This document shows positions 37,321-49,931 of a stretch of 64,000 nt of DNA, piece by piece (within the stretch, counting starts at the first letter, position 1; every line of letters starts with the position of its first letter). The stretch is from Gekko japonicus. Lineage: Eukaryota. A model generated the notes under the pieces. That model was not told where the DNA came from, ran no database searches, and worked only from the letters and a program-made list of their open reading frames with translations. The translations under genes and the position numbers were made by a program. The stretch is taken from NCBI RefSeq assembly GCF_001447785.1, contig NW_015172587.1:327776-391775 (forward strand), in the 5' to 3' direction.

Positions 37321-37655
37321 CTGATGAGAGAATCCCCATAAAGCACTATCATTGGAGATATTGCAACAGTAATTTCAAAAATTTACCACTATGTGAAGGA
37401 GGCATCTTAACAGGGAAAAGCGTCCCTTGTAGTTCCTGATATATCCTATATGTGATTAAATTTAAAAAGTGCTGTATAAATAATACAAGTACTACTAATT
37501 CAATTCTAGATTCAGGTGGGTAGCCGTGTTCGTCTGAAGCAGCAGAACAAAGCACACGACAGCTTATACCCAGAATAAAACTTTGTTGGACTCAAACTTT
37601 GTTCTGCTAATGCAATTCTAGATTAATCTCTCCTAGTTCCCCTCCCCATTGGTAC

Positions 37656-37866
37656 CTGAATTTCCTTCTCAGATGTTTTCACTTGGAAGGGTCTAATTCC
37701 TTCATCTTCTTTGTCTCTCGATGACTTCACCCCAGAACCCCACCATCCATCTCCCATTTCCAGAGTCTTCATCCTGTGCCTGGACAGAAGCCAATAAACC
37801 AAGAGGCCTCCACCTCCGAGCACGCAAGAAGCTGCAATCACATTTCTCTGGGGTGAGTCATACGAC
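37656..37866 (-). CDS. EPHX1L: EPHX1-like exon with membrane anchor
   Basis: tag|G-SYDSPQRNVIAASCVLGGGGLLVYWLLS...GDGWWG...IRPFQVKTSEKEIQ|gtacca; 211 nt. Confidence 0.9.
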
Positions 37867-39338
37867 CTAGGGGGGCAGGCAGACATTCAGAATCAGCATC
37901 AAAGGTTTTTGAGTCTTAGGGCTAAACTCGATGTGACTGTCCTTGTGGCCACCACGAGGGTGCCGCCGCCATTTTGAAGTGATTTAAAAATACCTCAAGG
38001 AACCACTTCTGATTGGGCCCACAAAGCGGCATTCTTGATTTCCCCCAGTGCCTTTTCAAATGCCGAAATAACTCTGGGAGTGGTACTAGGATTGCCAACC
38101 TCCAGGTGAGATCTAGAGATCTCCTGGAATTATAAATGCTCTCCAGATGGCCTCAAGGATGCCTTCACATCTAGCCTGGCTATTATAAAGCACCTTTTAT
38201 GAGCAGAAGTTGATGAGTGCTTGATGCTTCCGTAGGACAGGTTCTTTAAAAAAACCTCTACACATTTAAAAAATGATACAGTGAACCAAATGATTTCTGA
38301 AATAAGATATTTTAAGAGTAAGAATGCAAATTAGGTAATTTTCAGTTCTTTAGCCACTCTTGTGTGACCACAGCTGTGGTGATTAAGTGGAATGGGCATC
38401 AAATCTGCAATACAAGAATAGGGAGTAAAAAACCCTGTGGTAGGTATTCCATATAATCCATCTCCGCTTGCTTTCAGGCTCTCTCGGCGACAATATTATC
38501 CTAAAAGCATGTACAATTGAAAACAGCTACTGTTCCCATTGTGTGATATACAAATAGCCATTCTGCGGAGTGTTGGAAAGATGTCAGGCAAGCAGGGTTG
38601 CCAGGTTCCCCCTGGCCACGGGGGGGGGGGGTTGCCTGATCCAGGTTGGGAAATCCCTGGGGATTTGGGGGTGGAGCCTGGGGAGGGCAGGGACCTTGGT
38701 GGGGTTACAGTGCCGTAGATTCCACCCTTCAGAGCATTCATTTTCACCAGGGAAACTGCTCTCTGTAGCCTGGAGATGAGCTGTAATTCTGGGGGATTCC
38801 CAGGTCCCGCCTGGAGGCTGGCATCTCTACAAGCAAGACAGACTGGATGTGTACAAGTAACACTGAGTATTTTTTTGGCAAAGAAAGAGGCCCAGTTTAA
38901 GAACATAAGAACATAAGAGACGCCAATGTTGGATCAGGCCAAAGGCCCATCCAGTCCAACACTCTGTGTCACACAGTGGCCAGAAAGCAAGACAGACTGG
39001 ATCTGTACAAGTAACACTGAGTATTTTTTTGGCAAAGAAAGAGGCCCAGTTTGGGTTTGCATCCTGTAGTTTACTTACAGCCAAACAGCACATGATGCTG
39101 CGGATCCAAGGTTCTGATTCCCAGTCGTGTAGTTTACTTACAAAAAGTGTCACCAGGGCCCCCGAGATAGATTGGAGCCCTGGCGTTGGGGGAAAGGAGG
39201 AGCCTTTTGCTCCATCCTGTTTCAAAGATTGAAAGGGGTTCCTTCCAGACACTCTGGGTGCTTCTNNNNNNNNNNNNNNNNNNNGGAGACCCGTATTGTA
39301 CCTGTCTCTTTTCCCCATTCCTGGTTTTAAACCAACCT

Positions 39339-39868
39339 GGGCCCCGTTCACACGGAGCATTTGCCGCGCTAAAGATACGGATGATAGGCGGATTTTCCGG
39401 GCACGATCACACCGCAACATCTGGGAAGCGTAGTGCTCCCGTGGCTAACCCGTGGCTAACCTTGGCTTCCCGCCGAAGATGCGGATTAAAAAACTAGTAC
39501 TTACGAGGTACTAGTTTCCGGAAAACGCGGGGCAAGGGCAGGTGTCTGATTGCGTCCCGTCGCAAACCGGTTACTTTTTTTTTTTTTAAGTCTGCACAGG
39601 ATGCGCACAAACGATCATGTGCATGCTCACCTTTTGGTGAGAAACAAAAATATTCCCGTTTGCCACGGAAGCGGCGCCTAGCGATTGCTGGTGTGATCGC
39701 ACTGCACCGCTTCTTTGCCACGTAGCAGGATAGCCGTGTGATCGGCACCTCACGCCCTAACCACGGGACCTCGATGGGATGTGTGATCGGGCGGCCGTGC
39801 GTTATTTTGCTCCGGGGCAAACAGCCATGCTTCCCCCCTGCATTTTCCGGCCCGTGTGACCGGGGCCC
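39339..39868. mobile_element. GC-rich MITE, PIF/Harbinger-like TIRs
   Basis: GGGCCCCGTTCACACGG ... CCGTGTGACCGGGGCCC. Confidence 0.7.
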
Positions 39869-42122
39869 AAGGTTAGGAGTAATTTTCAATTGTGGGGGTA
39901 GAAGAGGACCAAAGAATGCCCCCCATATCACCCTGGCCTCTTCTCCTTCCCCGGCTGCTGCTTTTTGAAGCCAGACCAGGTGTCTGAGGATCTGAGCACA
40001 GGTGTCATATGTAGTCAGTTGCAGTGGTAATTTTTAAAGAGGGATCATGTGTACATCTGTGTTGATTCATGAAAAATTGGTCTCTGTCCAGAAAAAAAGT
40101 ACGGTTAATTTCTGCTATTTTGCTTTCTCCAAGGATAGCCAGTACAATGCAGCAGCATGCTGATTTGTCTCTTCCCGACCCCACTTGTTAGACCGAAGTC
40201 AGTGAGACCCAGCAAGAGACAGCTGCCTGAGCATCTTCAGTTCCCGGAGCTGAGTTTTCTGGTCTTGCCCAAACCAGATCTCAAGGACAGACAAGCACAG
40301 CAGACTGCAAGGACTAAACAGCTTCCTCTTCCTTCAGCAACCAACACCAAGCTTAGAAGAGCCAATTAAGTGTCCTGCTGGGTTTAGGCCTTGGAGGAAA
40401 AGGAAGTTGTCTCCCTGAGTATCTTTCTCTATCCCAGTTTTACAAAAAGGTCTAGCCTGGCCAACTCTAGAAGGAATAAAAAGCAGGCTGTGTCTAAAAA
40501 ACAAACCAAAAAGCCTGTAGCCAGCAGATGTTGTTCAGTCATGCATTTGAACCAAATATTTTAATAGCCCGCAAGATTCTCATGAGCAGTGTCATCTGTA
40601 TTGTGTGAAAGGAGCATCATCATTAACTTGAAGGAGCTTTCCTGAGGAGGTTCTTTTGTATATGGCTTGTTTCCTGTGGTTTCCTGAGGAGGTTCTATTA
40701 GCATGTTCACAGCCTGTTCATTATCCTAGAAGATAATGACTCAGCCCTACCCCACCTTCCTGAGTAGATATAAATTACCTGCCTACCATTTTCTTCTCAC
40801 CTGACACAGAGAGTACTCCAGCTTTCTGTGTTATACCTCTGAGGATGCCAGTCACAGCTACTGGCGAAACATCAGGTCCTACAATGCCCATGGCCATACA
40901 ACCCGGAAAAACTATAACAGCTAATGAACTCCGGCTGTAAAAGCCTTCAACAATAGTTAGCCCCTTTCTTTCCCACACATTCTGGAAATATTGACCTAGT
41001 CTGTAGGGTTGGGTTGCAGATTCCTTTTGTTAATGATTAGCTAAAACTCTGCTCTTTGCCCCCAAAAGGAAAGAAAAGCTATCAACACAAATATCACTTC
41101 AGTTCCTATCCAGGCATGGTAGAGAAATGATAATAGTAACATTAAGCTTTTAAATTTCTTCCATGGCATTTAAAGTACTTGGCATATACATCCTTATACT
41201 AATAGCCAAGTTGCCCCCTCCGTGCGGATATCTATATCTGCACTTTGGGGGCACTTGGGGGGCAGGGGGAGGTTTGTGCATACGTGGGGCAGTCCCCACA
41301 TGTGCACAAAAATAAAAAAAGTTAAAGGGGGGGGGGGGGGGGGGGGGATACCTAAGGCTACACAGTAAGTACATGGCTATAAAAGGTAAGGAGTTTTCTG
41401 CAAGATCACACATTTTACAAGCAGGTCTTGTAAAGTGTGCCTATAGCCCACCAAGGGACAGCTGGATTGCTGAGGGCCAGTAAGAGCATTTCCCTTCCCC
41501 CGCTTCTAGCTCCTTAGAAAGGTGAGCAGCTTATGCAACAGGTAATTGAACCTTCATGCATTTCTCTGCTCACAGGCCTTGCAGTTTCTATGCCAAGCAG
41601 CTTTAGCCATGATAATCTGCCTCAAGCAGGATCAGCTCAGGAGCCTCTTGACTGACATCCTCTGTAAGGGAAATTCTAAGATTCCAGTAAGGCGCAACAA
41701 TAATTGTCCATCACTTTCCTCTCAAAGACACTTTAAAGACCAGCTTGCATACTCTGTCACAATGGTTGAAAAGACTAAAATGGATTTCCCTCCTACTTCC
41801 TTTCTAGGTGTGTTTGTGTATAGAATGGATATATATATATCCATATATCCACTGAGACCACAACTGGTTGGTCACTATTCTACATTTATTGCTGTGCAAT
41901 CAGAGAGTTTACCTTGTGCCTCTCTCTTTCCGTTCCAGTCGCACATAACTAGGGTGGCTGCCCTGTTTTCAAACACTCTGTGCAGCAGTTAAACCAGCGC
42001 TGAACTCTTTCTTCATTGCCAGACCCCACCCCTCTGAGCAAATCCCAGCCACAAGCCATGGGCAATCCATCCCAACCTCATCAGCTCCCCCAGAAGCTTG
42101 TCTGCCACCTCTGTACACTCAC

Positions 42123-42151
42123 CGGACGCTCTGTAAGACCTGCTGCCACAT
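42123..42151 (-). CDS. EPHX1L: EPHX1-like, probable first coding mini-exon (MWQQVLQSV-CG)
   Basis: tttcttgcag|AC ATG TGG CAG...GTC CG|gtgagt: strong acceptor and donor; MW start as in EPHX1; phase 2 matches the next exon, which has no suitable upstream ATG. Confidence 0.7.
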
Positions 42152-43000
42152 GTCTGCAAGAAAGCCCTGTGAATAATAGATCAGCTTGGCACAGTTCTAG
42201 CCCGGTGCAAAAGCCCTTCCAGGCTCACCCGGCTTCAGTTGCCTTCTAGCCTGTAACTCTAGGCTGCAGCAACAGAGAGAGTACGCACAGATAACAGTGC
42301 CACCTACTGCCCAAGACTTACATGGTTGTGACAACATAACATAGCTATCCATTTCCTTCTTGAAGAACAGAGTAAAGTTATATTACAGTGGGAGACTCCT
42401 TCCCATTCAAGCTTCTTTAGACATGGGGGTTATAGTGTCTTGCTCTTTTCTACTGCTACAGAAAGACTAACACGGCTGCCCATCTTGAACTACCTCCTAA
42501 ACTGTGTTACCCGCTTCAACATTGATCATGTAACTCTGGATAGGGTGACAATAGCATGAGCCCTGCTGGATCAGACCAGCTGTCCATCTAGCCCTGCATG
42601 GTACTTCCCAGTGGCCGATTGGATGCCATCGAAAGCCCACAAACAAAGGCACAGAGGCCAAAGCTTCCATCTGCTGTTGTGCCTTTGCCTCTGAACATGG
42701 AAGTTCCACTTAATTGTCATGACTAATTGGTTTAAATAGGGATTCATGGAGGAGAGCCAGCAAGTTGCCATTAATACATCATGTGGCAGTAAACCCGACA
42801 AGTCAATTATGCATTGTACAAAATAGTGCTTTGTTTTGGCTCTTCAACTTCACTTGATACCTCAGAGTTCTACAATTTTGGGAGAGAGAGAGAGAGAGTT
42901 TCCACTTATCTACACCACTTCTTTATACTTCTCTTATTTATTTTAAATATGTATATCCTACCTTATCTCATGTTTGCATATGTAACTGCCTTATACTGGA

Positions 43001-44694
43001 CTAGCCTGCTATCCGTGCTTCACTATGGTATTTAAGTTCTGTAAATCCAGTTATAATACTGATGATGTGAAATTTGAAATGTGACATTTGTTGTAGGAAT
43101 TCTAACAGAGAAGATTGTAGTGTAAGAAATGAAGTGAGAAATACGTACTTATTTTTTCTCTACCGAAGGACCTCTCTCTAGACCACATTGGTGGTTCTGC
43201 CCTCAGGTGCTAGGATCACCAGGCTGCTTGATGAGCTCACTCTGGAGCAGGCAACATAGAACTGTCCACGTGAGAAGCAGTCGTCTGTTACGTCCACTCC
43301 TGCTACCTTCCACGAAAGTGATGGCCTCTCTACTTGTGTTCCTGGATTGTTTTGCTCATATGGAGACTGTGTTGTTCTGAGCACCTCAGGGTGATCTTGC
43401 TGGTACTTGGCCTGTGCAGCTCAGTGCACTGCAGGAATACTTTGTGCAAATGTCTTTGCTGCATTCCCAAGTTGCCTCCTCCTTGTAGCGTTGGTATATC
43501 TGGCTCAACATTTGCCAGGAGCTTTCTTGGGGGCAGTAAGAGGTGAGAGGTGTGAGGGGGAGTTGGTGTGAGGAAGTGGTGATGTGGTGGACATTTCTTC
43601 AGGTTCATGAGGGAGGCACGCATTGAAATGGCACCTAGAAATTTCCTTTACTTCCCTTACTATCTCCCCATAAACATTCATACCCCCTGGCCCTACTCCT
43701 ACACCTGACAGACACCGGCCTGTCTGGTGTTGGGGAGGATTGTATTTAAAGGCATCATGGAGGCTGGGCCAGCAGCAGTGCTAAGGCAATCCTGCTGAGC
43801 AAACCTCACCGACAGCTGTAAGCATCCCAGCTCCTCTCCTACACCTGACAGGCAGCTGCCTGTCCAGTGTAGGACGGGGAGGGGGGAGGAGTATTAGAAG
43901 CCATTGTGGAGGCAGGGCTGGCAGGATGACTAAGCCCTCATGGCTTGAAGCACTCTGTAACCGCTGCTGCACCTGATAGACAATTGCCTGGTTGGTGTAA
44001 GAGGTGGGGAGAGTGTGTTGGAAGCCATCCCACCTCCTCTCCTACGCCTGACAGGCAGCTGCCTGTCCAGTGTAGGAGCGGGAGGGGTATTAGAAGCCAC
44101 TGTGGAGGTGGGGCTGCACCTGACAGACAACAGCCTATTAGGTGTAGGAGGTGGGGGGAGTGTGTTGGAAGCCATCCCACCTCCTCTCCTACACCTGACA
44201 GGCAGCTGCCTGTCCAGTGTAGGAGGGGGAGGGGTATTAGAAGCCACTGTGGAGGTGGGGCTTTACCTGACAGACAACCACCTGTTAGGTGTAGGTGGAG
44301 GGAGTGTGTTGGAAGCCATCAGAGCGGCTGGGTCAGCAGCTTTGCTTCACCTCACAAGTGGTTGTTGGCCACTTCTGATTTCCTCAACTGTCATTAGCTG
44401 TCTGCAGTCCCCTGTAACTTGGTTGTTTTTTTTTAAAACCTCAGAACACTGAGCTGTGCAGCTGACCAATCAGAGAGTGGGGGGTGGAGGTCTGGGAGTC
44501 GCATAGGAATAAATGGGGGGAGCACATTTTACCCCCTTTGACCCCCTTAGGGGTCAAATTTCTAAAAATTCCTTCTTAGTGATCACCTATGCCATGGTGG
44601 GAGCGCTCTCACCGAATTTGGTGTTTCTAGGTCCAGCGGTTTGGCCTAAGCGTTGATTTTACGGTGATGGGACTTTCTTTTATATATAGAGAGA
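43001..44694 (-). mobile_element. Non-autonomous Helitron (RepHel deletion derivative)
   Basis: On minus: A|TCTCTCTATATATAAAAG 5' end; 3' end ...CCATAGTGAAGCACGGATAGCAGGCTAG|T; inserted in AT with no TSD; Pif1-helicase C-terminal remnant KVAGVDVTDDCFSRGQFYVACSRV...TTNVV. Confidence 0.88.
43690..44320. repeat. Palindromic minisatellite inside the Helitron (about 120-bp period, about 60-bp subunits)
   Basis: Recurring CCTACACCTGACAGGCAGCTGCCTGTCCAGTGTAGG hairpin plus GTATTAGAAGCCA / GTGTTGGAAGCCA linkers. Confidence 0.85.
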
Positions 44695-45057
44695 TGAGAC
44701 CCTGGACTCCACTGAGGTCAGCATTGTCTACTCAGAGAAGCAGCAGCTGTCCAGGGTCTGAGGTAGAGGTCTTTCACATAATCTACTACCTGATCCTTTC
44801 AACTGGAGATTGAACCTGGGACCTTCTGTATGTCAAGCAGATGCTCTACCACAGAGCCATGGTTCTCTCCTTAGGCTCAAGGCAGCAAACAACCTCAATA
44901 TGTCTTTCCTGGCCTTTTATCACTATTGCAGACCCTTTTATGTATTGAAAGGCAGGAGATGATTATCAATACAAGGCTTTTATTCAGAACATTACTCAGC
45001 TCTAATCTGAGTCTGCGGAGAGCGGCATCCAAATGTATACTGTTCCAAACTGAACTA

Positions 45058-45264
45058 CAGGGGTCATTTCGTAGAAAAAGAGCTAGGGGGACTCATTAGC
45101 ATAGCTCATTAGCATATGCCACACCCGCTGACATCACCGGAAGTGTGTCCTCCCCACAGCCGGCGGCGACCTCCAGCGGGCACCGGCAGGGAGCTCCAAG
45201 CCCCGCCCTCCCGCACCTCACCCGGGGGGATGGCGTCCCCCCACGTCCCCCCCAAATGACCCCT
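45058..45264 (-). mobile_element. Short MITE of the same TIR family
   Basis: CAGGGGTCATTTC...AAATGACCCCT with CTCATTAGCAT repeats. Confidence 0.7.
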
Positions 45265-45443
45265 CCTGAACCATATACAATGTAACTACTTTCATGAGGT
45301 CTGATTGGACCTAAGTGGAGCTTTCTGATAGGATACTCTGCATGGCTTTAGGACCACTAGAAGGTCTTTATTACACAGCCAATCACAACAGAGGAAACTA
45401 GGATACCTTAGCACAAACCATAACTAAACATCTTAGAAATAAC

Positions 45444-45880
45444 TCAGAACATAACAGACCCTATTAGTGAATATATAACATTAGGCATTTTTGCCCTAAT
45501 ATGCAACACTTTATACTTGCTTACCTTGAACCTCATGTGCCGGGATGTTGCCCACTCACCCAATTTGAAAAACTCCTTTTGGAATGCTAGATAATCTGGT
45601 TTGGTTTTCACTATCCTGAGTAATTTGGTGTTGTCTATAAAGCTTTGCCACTTCACTGCTCACACCTGACTTTAATCATGAACGGACAAATTAAATAGTA
45701 CAAGTCCTAATACTCCACAGTTTATTAAGGAGACTTGTTTGTTTATTCCTGCTTTCTGTTATTTAACCAGTTACCAGCCTGTAAGAGAACCATCATCTTA
45801 TTCCATTAAAGCTAAATTTATGCAGGATTGTTTGGTGAGTCACGTTATTGAAAGGTTTTTGGAGGTTCAAATGTATTCCT
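45444..45880 (-). mobile_element. Degenerate CR1 RT fragment
   Basis: DNTKLLRIVKT...KLGEWATSRHMRFKVSKYKVLHIRAK. Confidence 0.75.
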
Positions 45881-46437
45881 ACCAGCATGGCCTACTCCTT
45901 GTATCTTAGCCATTTTTATGTACCCAGGATGGTTGCAATCACTTGAATTTGTAATTTTGAAATGCAAAGCTGGTATACCTATTGGAACAAAAACAAAAGT
46001 ATTCAATTATGCTGTATGATAATTTACTGCTCACCCTCTACCTATATGTATGGACTAGTAATTTCCATTTTTGTTTCTGTCTCTGTCTTGACTCTAATTG
46101 GCCCTTCCCGGCAACTAACTTCCCCTTCTATATGCAATGGTTGAGGAAATTATGTTTCACTGTATCTGATAAAGTGTGCTTGCACACTGAATAAAATTTT
46201 TGTTGGTCTTAAAGGTGCCCCTGGACTCACAGTTTGTTCTGCTTCAGACCAACACGGCTGCGCACCTAAAAATATTTTCTGTTATATTGCAACCCTTAGT
46301 GGCCAAACTGCTGAACTGCAGGGATAGTGGCTTTTACTGAATATCATAGCAATCCACACCTGAAGATGGTATATATTTTAAGCATTCACACATTGATGTG
46401 TCCATGTGGTGGACATGTGATTGCCATAGGGCTGCCA

Positions 46438-47044
46438 CCTCCAGGTTGGGAAATACTGCGAGATTTTCAGTGTGGACCCTGAAGAGGATGGGATTTGAGG
46501 AGGGGAGGGAGTTCCGTGGGGTGTAATGGCATAGAGTTTTTCCTTCCAAAGTGGCTATTTCCCCCAGGTTAGCTGATCTGTTTCACCTAGAGATCAGCTG
46601 TCATCCCAGGGGATCTCCAGCCACCACCTGCAGGCTGGCAAACCGAGGTCACCATGAGGACTTTGGAGCAGATGTATGCCTGGAATTCTGTTTTGTGAAT
46701 CTACTTCCTAGGCACGTGGGGGCACAATTCAGATCTCCAGGTTGGGAAATACTGGGAGATTTTCAGTGTGGACCCTGAAAAGGACGGGATTTGAAGAGGG
46801 GAGGGAGTTCCGTGGGGTATAATGGCATAGAGTTTTTCCTTCCAAAGTGGCCATTTCCCCCAGGTTAGCTGATCTCTTTCATCTAGAGATCAGCTGTAAT
46901 CCCAGGAGATCTCCAGCCACCAGGGGATCTCCAGCCACCACCTGCAGGCTGGCAAACCGAGGTCACCATGAGGACTTTGGATGTATGCCTGGAATTCTGT
47001 TTTGTTAACTTACTTCCTAGGCACGTGGGGGCACAATTCAGATC
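46438..47044. repeat. Tandem duplication of about 300 bp containing a TAGGG-TIR-type MITE
   Basis: CTCCAGGTTGGGAAATACTG...GGCACAATTCAGATC occurs twice. Confidence 0.8.
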
Positions 47045-49380
47045 AGGACCTTAGTACACAAGAAGGGGCTTCAGCTCCAGCCTCTTCCTATACCAGTTTC
47101 CCCAACTAAAACGGCCCCAGGGAGATGCTGTTTGCCCCAATGGGGAAATTTATGTGTAGTTGGCAGTACATGTAAGCTTCCTCAAAAGACACACAGTGGC
47201 TCCTGGGGCTATTTTAGGTCAGGAAAATGGGCTGTGTGGGAAGGGAAGGGGAGCCAGTTCCACTTTTTATACACTATGGTCCCAATCTAGATTGGGCCAT
47301 CACACATCTGGGAATTAAGCTCCAAGGTGTGCACTGTCAGAATACATCTGTCCAAAATCCATGTAGGGGTCATGTGGGCTTTGTAAAGCGAATCAGCCCT
47401 CTGGCCTTGGGGTAGCGGATCTGCTGCTCTGAAGGGATTGGTCTTTGCCCCCACCTGTAATATCTAATTGTATATTTGTAAGCAAAAATAAAAAATCAAG
47501 GACCTTGAGTCTCCAGTGCTGTCTTATCCGAAGGAAGCCAAATCCAGGTAGCAGCCTTGAAGTGCCATAGCATTTTCTTTATTTAACCTGCTTTTCTGCC
47601 TCTAGTGGAGACCCAAAGTGACTTTACATTGTTCTCTCCTCTATTTTACACTCACAAACCTTATCAGGTAGGTTACAGTGAGAGTGTGTGACTGGCGCAA
47701 GGTAACTCAACAAGTTTCTATGGCAAAATGAGGATTCCAACCTGGGTCTCACCAATCTTAAACTGACACTCTAACCACTATACAAAACTATGGCTGGCTT
47801 GTGGAACCACCTTCCCAGTAAATTTCTGAAAATGTACCTCTTTTGCATGGACCCTTAGCACCAACCGGTATAATTTCTCAGGGACCCAGTTGTGACTATA
47901 ATTCTCTTAAACCTGAGAGCTTTTTTCAGGAATATAATTTTACATCACAGGAGAGAGGCTAGCCGCTACACTATGTAATACTTCTTCAACAGTCAGCACT
48001 TGCATTCGTTTAAGGTGAAAATGTCAGTACACAGAAGTGGTTCACACATTATGACAATACATTGTTGTAAGAATGTCACCTGATCAATGTGAATAGCTTT
48101 GTCCCAAACAGACTGGGGCCAGGACCTCTGACAAAAGAATGTTCATGTTTCTTAACCACCATTGGTTGTTTCCCTAGTTGGGTCTAACTGTTAGAAGATG
48201 GCTCTGTTTAGGCAGCCATCAGAGTTGGGAGAAAGTGACCTTTCTCAGCCAAGGGTGGGGATGGCAGCAGTCTGAGTTCAGAACAGTGAAAGAGAGAGAG
48301 AGAGAGAAGGAGAGGGCATTGCTGTGAGTTGGCTGAAGCAAGCTGTTGTGCAGGATCGCTTCTGGTGATCTGATGTGGGGTGGCGGATCTGCTGCTCTGA
48401 AGGGATTGGTCTTTGCCCCAACCTGTAATCTAAATGTATATTTGTAAGCAAAAATAAAAAAATCAACGATCTTGAGTCTCCAGTGCTGCCTTATCCAAAG
48501 GAAGCCAAATCCAGGTAGCAGCGCCCCCAGAATATCTCACTGCCTGGAGAACTGAGGAGCACAAAGTGATGTGGTGATGACCAATAGTTTAGAATAACAA
48601 TACTTGAAATGTGAATACTACTTTCAATGTTCCAAGTGCTTTACATTATCATGCTGTATCAAAGTGCTTCATGTGTCATCTGTAAGGTAGGCAAGTATGA
48701 TCAGTTCCCTGTCACAAGGTGGGGGCCTGAGGATGAGAGCTACCTAGTGAGTTTGTAGGAGAGGCACCATTTGAACCAGGAACCTCCTGGCACACAGGGC
48801 ATTCTCCTAACCACTGTACTAAACTACACTACTTAATTTTCTCTATAAACTTAAAAATATCTACCATCTGGCATGTATCCGGAGAGCATCTTGTTAAATG
48901 AGTACAATTGTTATTAATTGTTATTCATGATTTTATTGCTTTTATCTGTTTTATATGGGCTTTGCCCCTTGTAAGCTGCCCTGAGCCCGCTCTGCGGGGA
49001 AGGCGGGGTATAAATCTTAATAAATAAATAAATAGAATTTGACTAATTAATGGAGGATTCTTCTAGTAAGAATTTGACCAATTAATGTAGGGTCCTTCTA
49101 GTAACAAGCATGGTAGCTAAATAAAAATGTCATGTTCAAAGACAGTATATCACTCAAAACCCAGTGCTAGGGACAAGCAATAGGTAAGGCTATCACATTG
49201 TGACTGTCCTCTATTGGAAACAGCAATCTTGATTTAGATAGGTCCAGACCAGGACACAGGGTGGGTGCATGGATCCTGAGCTAAAAATGAACATAATATG
49301 TGATAATGAATAATGTCTTTAGTGTTTGTATGGTGCACTAATTAAGTCAGGGGCATTAATGTGAAATTTCCATACTATTT

Positions 49381-49680
49381 GAAGAAGAAGAGATTGGATT
49401 TATACCCCGCCCTTCACTTGGAGTCTTAGAATGGCTTACAAACTCCTTTCCCTTTCCCCCACTCCCCTCCCCTCCGCATCCCACTCCACTCCACCCCACA
49501 ACAGACACCTTGTGAGGTAGGTGGGACTGAGAGAGCTCTGACAGAAACCACTCTTTTCAAGAACAGCTCTGACAGAACTATGGCTTGCCCAAGGTCATCC
49601 AGCAGCTGCAAGTGGAGGAGTGGGGAATCAATCCTGGTTCTCCCAGATTAGAGTCCACACACTTAACCACTACAACAAAA
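49381..49680 (-). mobile_element. Squam3-like SINE
   Basis: Same family as 52201-52485; further copy at about 35780-35980. Confidence 0.8.
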
Positions 49681-49931
49681 TAGCGCATGAGCGAATTTGT
49701 AGCAGTCTTAATCTTAAACTGATGGGGGGGTTGAACCTGGAATTTCAACTTTTAATAAATTCTGTGTTTATAAATATTGCATAGATCACATTGTCTCCTG
49801 TAGAGGTTTCATTGTTACCGCTCCAAAGAGAAATAGTCATGGTATCAAAAGTTGTCTGTGAGAGAGGAGTATCATTGTTCAGCATAGATTGCAAGTCATT
49901 CATGATGCATTGAACTGGTTTGAGCTGAGAA

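Noticed and set aside
40775-40985. MWERKG... ORF as a candidate first exon of the epoxide hydrolase
   Set aside because: It starts at GTG, its donor phase does not fit the 37866 acceptor, and the sequence resembles a retroelement terminal repeat; the exon at 42123-42153 fits better.
43690-44320. CRISPR-like palindromic repeat array
   Set aside because: The spacers are themselves repeated, there are no cas genes, the context is vertebrate, and it lies inside a Helitron.
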